A stretch of DNA of 64,000 nt from the human T2T-CHM13v2.0 reference genome, Homo sapiens. The stretch covers positions 11,904,001 through 11,968,000 of the forward strand of contig CP086569.2 of the NCBI GenBank assembly GCA_009914755.4. Direction: 5' to 3'. Position 1 is the first letter of the stretch. Every line of letters begins with the position of its first letter. The notes beneath the pieces were generated by a model that was not told the DNA's origin, ran no database searches, and worked only from the letters and a program-made list of their open reading frames with translations. The translations under genes and the position numbers were made by a program. This document shows, in pieces, positions 40,408 through 54,400 of the stretch.

Positions 40408-43400
40408 ATGGACAGGAATGTAATGGACTCCAATGGAATGGAATGGATCAAAATGGATTTGAACAGATTGGAATCGAACGGAATGGAATGCAATGGAATG
40501 GAATGGACTCGAAAGGAGAAGAGACAAATGGAATGGAAACGAATTCAATGGAATTGAAAAGAATAGAATGGAATGGCCTGTAATGGTAAGATACTAAATG
40601 GAATGGAATTGAATGGAATGGAATGGAATGGACCCAAATGTAATGCACTCGAATGGAATATACTCAAATAGAATGGAATCGAAAGGAAAGGTCTCAAATG
40701 GAATTTATTCAATACAATGGAATCGAATGGAATGCAATAGAATGGAAAGGAATCGAATGTAATGGAATCAAATAGAATGGACCAGAATGGAATGGACTGC
40801 CATAGAACGGACTGCAGTTTAATGGATTGAATTCTAATTCATTCAAATGGAATGGAATTGAATGGAATGGAATCCAATGGAATGGATAGGATTGTACTGG
40901 AATGGAATAGCATGGAATACAACGGAGTGGAATGGAGTTGAATGAAGTGGAATGGAATCGATTGGAATGGAATCAAATGGAATGGACGGGAATGGAATGG
41001 ACTGGAAGAGAACAGACTCGAATATAATGGATTGCAATGTAATTGATTCAAATGGAATGGAATCGAATGGAATGTAATAAAATTGAAGGGACTGGAGTTC
41101 AATGCAATGGAATAGAATGGAATGCAAAGGAAACGAAAGGCACGGAGTGAAATCGAGTGTAATGGAATCGAATGGAATGAAATGGAATGGAATGGACTCA
41201 AAAGAAATGGACGAGGGACAAAACGGAATCGAACTGATTGGAATCGAATGGAACGGAATGGAATGGAATGGACTCCATTGGATGGGAGTAGAACGGATTG
41301 GAATGAAATGGAATGGAAAGGAATAGAATGGAATGGAATGGAATGGAAGATAACGGAAAGATATCGAACGGATTGGAAAGGAATGGAATGGACGCTAATG
41401 GAATGGAATGGAACTCAAGAGAAACGAATGGAATGGACTGGAGTGAAATGGAGTCGAATGTAATTGACTGGAGAGGGATGGACTCGAAAGGAATGGACTC
41501 GAATAGAATGGACTGGAATGGATTGTACTCGAATGGAGTGGAAAGGAATAAAATGGATTCCACCAGATTGGAATGGAACAGAATGTAATGGAATGGAATG
41601 GAATGCAATGGAATGGCTCGAATGGAAGGGAGTCGAATGCAATGGAAGGGAAAGGAAAGGAATTGAATGGAATTGAAAGTAATAGAATTAAAAGGAGTGC
41701 AAAGGAAAGATATGGAATGGAATGGATCGAAAAGAAATAGAATGGAATGGACAGGAATGGAATGGAATAGAATGGAATAGACTGGCGTGCAATTAAAACG
41801 AATGGAATGGAAACGAATGGAATGGAATGGAAAGGAATGGAGTAGAATAAATACTATGGAATGGAATGGAATGGAATGGAATGGAATGGAATGGAGGCGA
41901 AAGGAAAACAATGGAGTGGAATGTCACCGAATGGAATGATATGGAATGGAAAGGAATGGATACGAATGGAATGGAATAGAAAGGAACGGAAAGGTAAAGA
42001 ATGGAATGGAATCGGACAGAATGGAATGTAATGTAATGGAGTCGAATGGAAAATAATCGAGTAGAATGATATCGAATGGAATGGAATTTTTGGAATGGAA
42101 TGGAATGGAATGGACTCGAATGGCATGTACTCAAATGGATTAGAATAGAATGGAATGGAACTAAACGTAATGAACTCGAATGAATGGACACAAATAGAAT
42201 GGAAGAGAAAGAAATGGTATTGAACGGATTTTATTCGAATAGAATGGAATTCAATGGAATGCAACAGTGTGGCATGGAATCAAATGGAATGGAATCGAAT
42301 GGAATGGACCCGAGTGGAATGGACTCACATAGAACAGCCTCGAATGTAATGGATGACAATGTATTAGATTCGAAAGGACTGAAATCGAATGGAATGTAAT
42401 CAAATAGAACGGAATTGAATGCATGGAATGGCATAGAAAGTAATGCAATGGAATGGAATAGACTGGAAAGGAATGGAATCGGATGGAATGTAATGAAATG
42501 TAATGGAAGGAATGCTATGGAATGGAATGGAATGGAATACAATGGGACAGTGTATAATGGAGTGCAATGGATTTAAGTGGAATATAGTCAAAAGGAATGA
42601 AATAGAATGGAATTCAATATAATGGAATGGCATCCAATGGCAAGGAATGGAGCGGACTCCAATGGAAACGACATGAAAGGAATATAGTATAATGGAATGG
42701 CATTGAACGAAATGGAATGCAATGGAGTTAAAAGGTAAAATATCGAATGGAAAAGAATTGAATGGACTCGAATGGAATATAATGGAATGGAATGGACTCG
42801 AATGGAATGTACTAGAGTTGAATGGAATCGAATGGAATGGAAAACAATGGAAAGGAAAGGAAGGGAATTGAAAGGAAAGGAATAGAATGGAATGGAATCG
42901 GATGGAACAGAATTGAATGGAATGGAAACTAAAGGAATAGAATAGAAAGGAATGGCATTGAATGGAATAGAAATGAATGGAATCAGATGGAACAGAAAGG
43001 AATGGAATAGAATCGAATGGAATGGCATCGAATGGATTGGAATGGAATGTAATGGAATGGAATAGAAAGGAATGGAATGGACTCAAATGGAATGTACTCA
43101 AATGGAATAGAATAGAATGGAATGGAAGTAAATATAATGGACTCGAGTGGAATGGATTGGAATAAATTGGAATTGAATATATTGGATTTGAATGGAAAGG
43201 AATGGAATGGAATGGAATGGAATGGAATGGAATGGATTCGAATGGAATGGAACGAATTGGAATGTAATTGAATGGAGTCGAAAACAGTAGAAAGAAAAGA
43301 AGTTTAATCAAATGATATCGAATGGAATTGAATGGAATGTACGTGAATGGAATGGACTGGAATGGAATGGAATGACATGTAATGGGAACAAAAGGAATGG

Positions 43401-45937
43401 AATCGAATGAAATGGAATTGAATGGAATAGAAAGGAATAGAATGAAATGGAGTTTAATGGAAAGATATTAAAAGTAATGGAATGGAATTGAGTGGACACA
43501 AATGGAATGGACTGGAATGGAAAGGACTCGAATGAAATGGACCGCATTAGAATGGACTCGAATGGAACGGATTGGTGTGGAATGGTCTCGAATGGATGGG
43601 AAACGAATGGAATGGAAAAGAATAGAATGGAATGTAATCAAATGGAACGAAATGGAATGGAATGGATTCGACTGGAACAGAATTGAATGGAGTGGAATTG
43701 AATACAATGGAATGCAATCGAATGGAATGGACACGAATGGAATAGAATGAAATGAAATAGCATAGAATGGAATGGAATGGAATGGAATGGAATGGCATGG
43801 AATGGAATGGAGTGAAATGGATTGGAATGGGATGGGCCCAAAGTAATGGACTAAAATAAAAGAGACTCAAATAGAATGAATTGTAAAGAAACGGTCTCGA
43901 ATGTAATTTATTCGAATAGAATGATATTGAATGGAATGCAATAGTATGGAATGGTATCGAATAGAATGGAATGGAATGGAACTTAATGGAGTGCATTTGA
44001 ACGGACTCAAATGCAATAAATTGCACTATAATTGATTCAAATGGAATGGAATCGAATAGAATGTAAACAAATGGAATGGAAGGCAATGCAATGGAAAGGA
44101 ATCGAATGAAATGGAATAAATGGGATGGAATCGAATGGAAAGGACGCGAATATAATGGAGTGTTAAGGAAAGGTCTCGAATCGAATTCATTCCAATAGAA
44201 TGGAATCGAATGGAATGCAATACTATTGAATCAAATCGAATGGAATGGAATTGAATGGAATGGACAGGAATGGAATGAACTGGAAGTGAATGGACAAGAA
44301 CATAATATATTGCAATGTAATTTATTCAAATGGAATGGAATGCAATAGAATGGAATGGACGCGATTGCAATGGACTGGAGTGGAATGGACTGCAATGGAA
44401 TTTAAACGAATATAATGCAATGGAACGGAAAGCAAAGGAATCTACCGGAATGGAATCGAACGGAACAGAAAGGAATGGAATGGAATGGAGTGGAATGGAC
44501 TCGAATGGAATGTATTCAAATGTAATGGACCGGAAAGGAATGGAATCCAAAGGAATGGAATTGAATGGAATCAAAAGGAATAGAAAGGAATAGAGTGTAA
44601 TTGAATGATATCGAATGGAAGGGAATGGAATGAAGTCGAATGGAATGCACTGGAATGGAATGGACTCAATCAGAACGGACTGGAGAGGAATGTACACAAA
44701 TGGAATGGAAACGAATGGAATGGAATGAAATGGAATGGAATGCAATGGAATTGAAAGGAACGGAATCAAAAGGAATGGAATGGAATGGATTGGAATAGAA
44801 TGGATTCAAATAAAATAGAATCGATTGGAATGGTATTGAATGGAAGGGACTTGAATGGAATGGAAAGCAATGGAAGATATTGGAATCGAATGGCATCGAA
44901 TGAAATGGAATGGAACGGAATGGAACGGACCCGAATGGAATGGAATGGACTCAAATGTAATGGACTCGAATGGAATCGAATGAAATATAATAGACTCGAA
45001 AGGAATGGCCTCGAGCGGAATTTATTTGAATAGAATGGAATCAAATGGAATAGAATAGTATTGAATGGAATCGAATGGAATGGAATCGAATGGAATGTAA
45101 TCAAATAGAATGGAATGGAATTCAATATAATGGAGTAGAATGGAATGCATTGGAAAGGAGCAGAGTGGAATCGAGTGGATTGGAATCGAGTGGAATGGAA
45201 TCAAAGGGAACGAAATGGAATTGAATGGACTTGAATGGAATTGAGTCGAAAGGAATTGACTCGAAAGGAACGGACTGGAAGGAAAAGGAATCAAATGGAC
45301 AGGAATGGAATGGAATGGACTCGAATGGATTGGAGTCAAATGCAAACGCATCGAATGGAATGGATTCAAATGGAATGCAATTGAATGGAATAGAAAGGAA
45401 GAGAATGGAATTGAGAGTAATGGAAAGATATCGATTGGAATGAAATGGAATGGAAAGGAAGTGAATGGAAAGGAATGGACTCGAAAGAAATGGATTGGAA
45501 TGGAATGGTCTCCAATGGAATGGACTGGAGTGGAATGGAATCGAATGGAATGAAAAGAATGGAACGGAATGGAACGTAAAGGAATAGAATGTTATGGAAT
45601 CCGATTGGACAGAATGGAATGGAATGGAGTTTCATAAAATGGAGTCGAATAGATTGGCATCAAAAGGAATGGAATGGAATGGAGTGGACTCAAAAGGAAT
45701 GGACTCCAAAGGAATGGAGTCGAAGCAAATTGAATCAAATGGATTGGAGTCGAACAGAATGGAATGGAATGGAATGAACTCGACTGGAGTAGAGAGGAAT
45801 GTAAAGGAATAGAATGGAATGTAATCAAATGGATTGCAAGTGAATGGAATCAAAAATAATAGAAAGGAATGGAGTGTAAAGGGATGATATGGAATAAAAT
45901 GGAATGGAATGGAATTTAATGGAATGGAGTCGAAGGA
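40408..45937 (+). repeat. 5.5-kb HOR copy U6 (5530 bp). A-type, near-identical to U4 at the alternating sites.
   Basis: See U4. ORFs 41198..41911 (237 aa) and 30138..30851 (237 aa) are near-identical. Confidence 0.8.
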
Positions 45938-48900
45938 ATGGACAGGAATGTAATGGACTCCAATGGAATGGAATGGATCAAAATGGATTTGAACAGATTG
46001 GAATCGAACGGAATGGAATGCAATGGAATGGAATGGACTCGAAAGGAGAAGAGACAAATGGAATGGAAACGAATTCAATGGAATTGAAAAGAATAGAATG
46101 GAATGGCCTGTAATGGTAAGATACTAAATGGAATGGAATTGAATGGAATGGAATGGAATGGACCCAAATGTAATGCACTCGAATGGAATATACTCAAATA
46201 GAATGGAATCGAAAGGAAAGGTCTCAAATGGAATTTATTCAATACAATGGAATCGAATGGAATGCAATAGAATGGAAAGGAATCGAATGTAATGGAATCA
46301 AATAGAATGGACCAGAATGGAATGGACTGCCATAGAACGGACTGCAGTTTAATGGATTGAATTCTAATTCATTCAAATGGAATGGAATTGAATGGAATGG
46401 AATCCAATGGAATGGATAGGATTGTACTGGAATGGAATAGCATGGAATACAACGGAGTGGAATGGAGTTGAATGAAGTGGAATGGAATCGATTGGAATGG
46501 AATCAAATGGAATGGACGGGAATGGAATGGACTGGAAGAGAACAGACTCGAATATAATGGATTGCAATGTAATTGATTCAAATGGAATGGAATCGAATGG
46601 AATGTAATAAAATTGAAGGGACTGGAGTTCAATGCAATGGAATAGAATGGAATGCAAAGGAAACGAAAGGCACGGAGTGAAATCGAGTGTAATGGAATCG
46701 AATGGAATGAAATGGAATGGAATGGACTCAAAAGAAATGGACGAGGGACAAAACGGAATCGAACTGATTGGAATCGAATGGAACGGAATGGAATGGAATG
46801 GACTCCATTGGATGGGAGTAGAACGGATTGGAATGAAATGGAATGGAAAGGAATAGAATGGAATGGAATGGAATGGAAGATAACGGAAAGATATCGAACG
46901 GATTGGAAAGGAATGGAATGGACGCTAATGGAATGGAATGGAACTCAAGAGAAACGAATGGAATGGACTGGAGTGAAATGGAGTCGAATGTAATTGACTG
47001 GAGAGGGATGGACTCGAAAGGAATGGACTCGAATAGAATGGACTGGAATGGATTGTACTCGAATGGAGTGGAAAGGAATAAAATGGATTCCACCAGATTG
47101 GAATGGAACAGAATGTAATGGAATGGAATGGAATGCAATGGAATGGCTCGAGTGGAATGGAGCCGAATGCAATGGAAGAGAAAGGAAAGGAATTGAATGG
47201 AATTGAAAGTAATAGAATTAAAAGGAGTGCAAAGGAAAGATATGGAATGGAATGGATCGAAAAGAAATAGAATGGAATGGACAGGAATGGAATGGAATAG
47301 AATGGAATAGACTGGCGTGCAATTAAAACGAATGGAATGGAAACGAATGGAATGGAATGGAAAGGAATGGAGTAGAATAAATACTATGGAATGGAATGGA
47401 ATGGAATGGAATGGAATGGAATGGAATGGAGGCGAAAGGAAAACAATGGAGTGGAATGTCACCGAATGGAATGATATGGAATGGAAAGGAATGGATACGA
47501 ATGGAATGGAATAGAAAGGAACGGAAAGGTAAAGAATGGAATGGAATCGGACAGAATGGAATGTAATGTAATGGAGTCGAATGGAAAATAATCGAGTAGA
47601 ATGATATCGAATGGAATGGAATTTTTGGAATGGAATGGAATGGAATGGACTCGAATGGCATGTACTCAAATGGATTAGAATAGAATGGAATGGAACTAAA
47701 CGTAATGAACTCGAATGAATGGACACAAATAGAATGGAAGAGAAAGAAATGGTATTGAACGGATTTTATTCGAATAGAATGGAATTCAATGGAATGCAAC
47801 AGTGTGGCATGGAATCAAATGGAATGGAATCGAATGGAATGGACCCGAGTGGAATGGACTCACATAGAACAGCCTCGAATGTAATGGATGACAATGTATT
47901 AGATTCGAAAGGACTGAAATCGAATGGAATGTAATCAAATAGAACGGAATTGAATGCATGGAATGGCATAGAAAGTAATGCAATGGAATGGAATAGACTG
48001 GAAAGGAATGGAATCGGATGGAATGTAATGAAATGTAATGGAAGGAATGCTATGGAATGGAATGGAATGGAATACAATGGGACAGTGTATAATGGAGTGC
48101 AATGGATTTAAGTGGAATATAGTCAAAAGGAATGAAATAGAATGGAATTCAATATAATGGAATGGCATCCAATGGCAAGGAATGGAGCGGACTCCAATGG
48201 AAACGACATGAAAGGAATATAGTATAATGGAATGGCATTGAACGAAATGGAATGCAATGGAGTTAAAAGGTAAAATATCGAATGGAAAAGAATTGAATGG
48301 ACTCGAATGGAATATAATGGAATGGAATGGACTCGAATGGAATGTACTAGAGTTGAATGGAATCGAATGGAATGGAAAACAATGGAAAGGAAAGGAAGGG
48401 AATTGAAAGGAAAGGAATAGAATGGAATGGAATCGGATGGAACAGAATTGAATGGAATGGAAACTAAAGGAATAGAATAGAAAGGAATGGCATTGAATGG
48501 AATAGAAATGAATGGAATCAGATGGAACAGAAAGGAATGGAATAGAATCGAATGGAATGGCATCGAATGGATTGGAATGGAATGTAATGGAATGGAATAG
48601 AAAGGAATGGAATGGACTCAAATGGAATGTACTCAAATGGAATAGAATAGAATGGAATGGAAGTAAATATAATGGACTCGAGTGGAATGGATTGGAATAA
48701 ATTGGAATTGAATATATTGGATTTGAATGGAAAGGAATGGAATGGAATGGAATGGAATGGAATGGAATGGAATGGATTCGAATGGAATGGAACGAATTGG
48801 AATGTAATTGAATGGAGTCGAAAACAGTAGAAAGAAAAGAAGTTTAATCAAATGATATCGAATGGAATTGAATGGAATGTACGTGAATGGAATGGACTGG

Positions 48901-51477
48901 AATGGAATGGAATGACATGTAATGGGAACAAAAGGAATGGAATCGAATGAAATGGAATTGAATGGAATAGAAAGGAATAGAATGAAATGGAGTTTAATGG
49001 AAAGATATTAAAAGTAATGGAATGGAATTGAGTGGACACAAATGGAATGGACTGGAATGGAAAGGACTCGAATGAAATGGACCGCATTAGAATGGACTCG
49101 AATGGAACGGATTGGTGTGGAATGGTCTCGAATGGATGGGAAACGAATGGAATGGAAAAGAATAGAATGGAATGTAATCAAATGGAACGAAATGGAATGG
49201 AATGGATTCGACTGGAACAGAATTGAATGGAGTGGAATTGAATACAATGGAATGCAATCGAATGGAATGGACACGAATGGAATAGAATGAAATGAAATAG
49301 CATAGAATGGAATGGAATGGAATGGAATGGAATGGCATGGAATGGAATGGAGTGAAATGGATTGGAATGGGATGGGCCCAAAGTAATGGACTAAAATAAA
49401 AGAGACTCAAATAGAATGAATTGTAAAGAAACGGTCTCGAATGTAATTTATTCGAATAGAATGATATTGAATGGAATGCAATAGTATGGAATGGTATCGA
49501 ATAGAATGGAATGGAATGGAACTTAATGGAGTGCATTTGAACGGACTCAAATGCAATAAATTGCACTATAATTGATTCAAATGGAATGGAATCGAATAGA
49601 ATGTAAACAAATGGAATGGAAGGCAATGCAATGGAAAGGAATCGAATGAAATGGAATAAATGGGATGGAATCGAATGGAAAGGACGCGAATATAATGGAG
49701 TGTTAAGGAAAGGTCTCGAATCGAATTTATTCCAATAGAATGGAATCGAATGGAATGCAATACTATTGAATCAAATCGAATGGAATGGAATTGAATGGAA
49801 TGGACAGGAATGGAATGAACTGGAAGTGAATGGACAAGAACATAATATATTGCAATGTAATTTATTCAAATGGAATGGAATGCAATAGAATGGAATGGAC
49901 GCGATTGCAATGGACTGGAGTGGAATGGACTGCAATGGAATTTAAACGAATATAATGCAATGGAACGGAAAGCAAAGGAATCTACCGGAATGGAATCGAA
50001 CGGAACAGAAAGGAATGGAATGGAATGGAGTGGAATGGACTCGAATGGAATGTATTCAAATGTAATGGACCGGAAAGGAATGGAATCCAAAGGAATGGAA
50101 TTGAATGGAATCAAAAGGAATAGAAAGGAATAGAGTGTAATTGAATGATATCGAATGGAAGGGAATGGAATGAAGTCGAATGGAATGCACTGGAATGGAA
50201 TGGACTCAATCAGAACGGACTGGAGAGGAATGTACACAAATGGAATGGAAACGAATGGAATGGAATGAAATGGAATGGAATGCAATGGAATTGAAAGGAA
50301 CGGAATCAAAAGGAATGGAATGGAATGGATTGGAATAGAATGGATTCAAATAAAATAGAATCGATTGGAATGGTATTGAATGGAAGGGACTTGAATGGAA
50401 TGGAAAGCAATGGAAGATATTGGAATCGAATGGCATCGAATGAAATGGAATGGAACGGAATGGAACGGACCCGAATGGAATGGAATGGACTCAAATGTAA
50501 TGGACTCGAATGGAATCGAATGAAATATAATAGACTCGAAAGGAATGGCCTCGAGCGGAATTTATTTGAATAGAATGGAATCAAATGGAATAGAATAGTA
50601 TTGAATGGAATCGAATGGAATGGAATCGAATGGAATGTAATCAAATAGAATGGAACGGAATTCAATATAATGGAGTAGAATGGAATGCATTGGAAAGGAG
50701 CAGAGTGGAATCGAGTGGATTGGAATCGAGTGGAATGGAATCAAAGGGAACGAAATGGAATTGAATGGACTTGAATGGAATTGAGTCGAAAGGAATTGAC
50801 TCGAAAGGAACGGACTGGAAGGAAAAGGAATCAAATGGACAGGAATGGAATGGAATGGACTCGAATGGATTGGAGTCAAATGCAAACGCATCGAATGGAA
50901 TGGATTCAAATGGAATGCAATTGAATGGAATAGAAAGGAAGAGAATGGAATTGAGAGTAATGGAAAGATATCGATTGGAATGAAATGGAATGGAAAGGAA
51001 GTGAATGGAAAGGAATGGACTCGAAAGAAATGGATTGGAATGGAATGGTCTCCAATGGAATGGACTGGAGTGGAATGGAATCGAATGGAATGAAAAGAAT
51101 GGAACGGAATGGAACGTAAAGGAATAGAATGTTATGGAATCCGATTGGACAGAATGGAATGGAATGGAGTTTCATAAAATGGAGTCGAATAGATTGGCAT
51201 CAAAAGGAATGGAATGGAATGGAGTGGACTCAAAAGGAATGGACTCCAAAGGAATGGAGTCGAAGCAAATTGAATCAAATGGATTGGAGTCGAACAGAAT
51301 GGAATGGAATGGAATGAACTCGACTGGAGTAGAGAGGAATGTAAAGGAATAGAATGGAATGTAATCAAATGGATTGCAAGTGAATGGAATCAAAAATAAT
51401 AGAAAGGAATGGAGTGTAAAGGGATGATATGGAATAAAATGGAATGGAATGGAATTTAATGGAATGGAGTCGAAGGA
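45938..51477 (+). repeat. 5.5-kb HOR copy U7 (5540 bp). B-type, essentially identical to U5.
   Basis: See U5. ORFs 46728..47726 (332 aa) and 35658..36656 (332 aa) are identical. Landmark at 46378-46393. Confidence 0.8.
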
Positions 51478-54400
51478 ATGGACAGGAATGTAATGGACTC
51501 CAATGGAATGGAATGGATCAAAATGGATTTGAACAGATTGGAATCGAACGGAATGGAATGCAATGGAATGGAATGGACTCGAAAGGAGAAGAGACAAATG
51601 GAATGGAAACGAATTCAATGGAATTGAAAAGAATAGAATGGAATGGCCTGTAATGGTAAGATACTAAATGGAATGGAATTGAATGGAATGGAATGGAATG
51701 GACCCAAATGTAATGCACTCGAATGGAATATACTCAAATAGAATGGAATCGAAAGGAAAGGTCTCAAATGGAATTTATTCAATACAATGGAATCGAATGG
51801 AATGCAATAGAATGGAAAGGAATCGAATGTAATGGAATCAAATAGAATGGACCAGAATGGAATGGACTGCCATAGAACGGACTGCAGTTTAATGGATTGA
51901 ATTCTAATTCATTCAAATGGAATGGAATTGAATGGAATGGAATCCAATGGAATGGATAGGATTGTACTGGAATGGAATAGCATGGAATACAACGGAGTGG
52001 AATGGAGTTGAATGAAGTGGAATGGAATCGATTGGAATGGAATCAAATGGAATGGACGGGAATGGAATGGACTGGAAGAGAACAGACTCGAATATAATGG
52101 ATTGCAATGTAATTGATTCAAATGGAATGGAATCGAATGGAATGTAATAAAATTGAAGGGACTGGAGTTCAATGCAATGGAATAGAATGGAATGCAAAGG
52201 AAACGAAAGGCACGGAGTGAAATCGAGTGTAATGGAATCGAATGGAATGAAATGGAATGGAATGGACTCAAAAGAAATGGACGAGGGACAAAACGGAATC
52301 GAACTGATTGGAATCGAATGGAACGGAATGGAATGGAATGGACTCCATTGGATGGGAGTAGAACGGATTGGAATGAAATGGAATGGAAAGGAATAGAATG
52401 GAATGGAATGGAATGGAAGATAACGGAAAGATATCGAACGGATTGGAAAGGAATGGAATGGACGCTAATGGAATGGAATGGAACTCAAGAGAAACGAATG
52501 GAATGGACTGGAGTGAAATGGAGTCGAATGTAATTGACTGGAGAGGGATGGACTCGAAAGGAATGGACTCGAATAGAATGGACTGGAATGGATTGTACGC
52601 GAATGGAGTGGAAAGGAATAAAATGGATTCCACCAGATTGGAATGGAACAGAATGTAATGGAATGGAATGGAATGCAATGGAATGGCTCGAGTGGAATGG
52701 AGCCGAATGCAATGGAAGAGAAAGGAAAGGAATTGAATGGAATTGAAAGTAATAGAATTAAAAGGAGTGCAAAGGAAAGATATCGAATGGAATGGATCGA
52801 AAAGAAATAGAATGGAATGGACATGAATGGAATGGAATAGAATGGAATAGAATGGCGTGCAATGAAAACGAATGGAATGTAAACGAATGGAATGGAATGG
52901 AAAGGAATGGAGTAGAATAAATACTATGGAATGGAATGGAATGTAATGGAATGGAGGCAAAAGGAAAAGAATGGATTGGAATGTCACCGAATGGAAAGAT
53001 ATGGAATGGAAAGGAATGGATACGAATGGAATGGAATAGAAAGGAACGGAAAGGTAAAGAATGCAATGGAATCGGACAGAATGGAATGCAATGTAATGGA
53101 GTCGAATGGAAAATAATCGAGTAGAATGATATCGAATGGAATGGAATTTAATGGAACGGAATGGAATGGAATGGACTCGAATGGCATGTACTCAAATGGA
53201 TTAGAATAGAATGGAATGGAACTAAACGTAATGAACTCGAATGGAATGGACACAAATAGAATGGAAGAGAAAGAAATGGTATTGAATGGAATTTATTCGA
53301 ATAGAATGGAATTCAATGGAATGCAACAGTGTGGCATGGAATCAAATGGAATGGAATCGAATGGAATGGACCCGAGTGGAATGGACTCACATAGAACAGC
53401 CTCGAATGTAATGGATTACAATGTATTAGATTCGAAAGGACTGAAATCGTATGAATGTAATCAAATAGAACGGAATTGAATGCATGGAATGGCATAGAAA
53501 GTAATGCAATGGAATGGAATAGACTGGAATGGAATGGAATCGGATGGAATGTAATGAAATGTAATGGAAGGAATGCTATGGAATGGAATGGAATGGAATA
53601 CAATGGGACGGTGTATAATGGAGTGCAATGGATTTCAGTGGAATGTAGTCAAAAGGAATGAAATAGAATGGAATTCAATATAATGGAATGGCATCCAATG
53701 GCAAGGAATGGAGCGGACTCCAATGGAAACGACATGAAAGGAATATAATATAATGGAATGGCATTGAAAGAAATGGAATGCAATGGAGTTAAAAGGTAAA
53801 ATATCGAATGGAAAAGAATTGAATAGACTCGAATGGAATATAATGGAATGGAATGGACTGGAATGGAATGTACTAGAGTTGAATGGAATCGAATGGAATG
53901 GAAAACAATGGAAAGGAAAGGAAGGGAATTGAAAGGAATGGAATAGAATGGAATGGAATCGGATGGAACAGAATTGAATGGAATGGAAACTAAAGGAATA
54001 GAATAGAAGGGAATGGCATTGAATGGAATAGAAATGAATGGAATCAGATGGAACAGAAAGGAATGGAATAGAATCGAATGGAATGGCATCGAATGGATTG
54101 GAATGTAATGTAATGGAATGGAATGGAAAGGAATGGAATGGAGTCAAATGGAATGTACTCAAATGGAATAGAATAGAATGGAATGGAAGTAAATATAATG
54201 GACTCGAGTGGAATGGATTGGAATAAATTGGAATTGAATGTATTGGATTTGAAAGGAATGGAATGGAATGGAATGGAATGGAATGGAATGGATTCGAATG
54301 GAATGGAACGAATTGGAATGTAATTGAATGGAGTGGAAAACAGTAGAAAGAAAAGAAGTTTTATCGAATGATATCGAATGGAATTGAATGGAATGTACGC

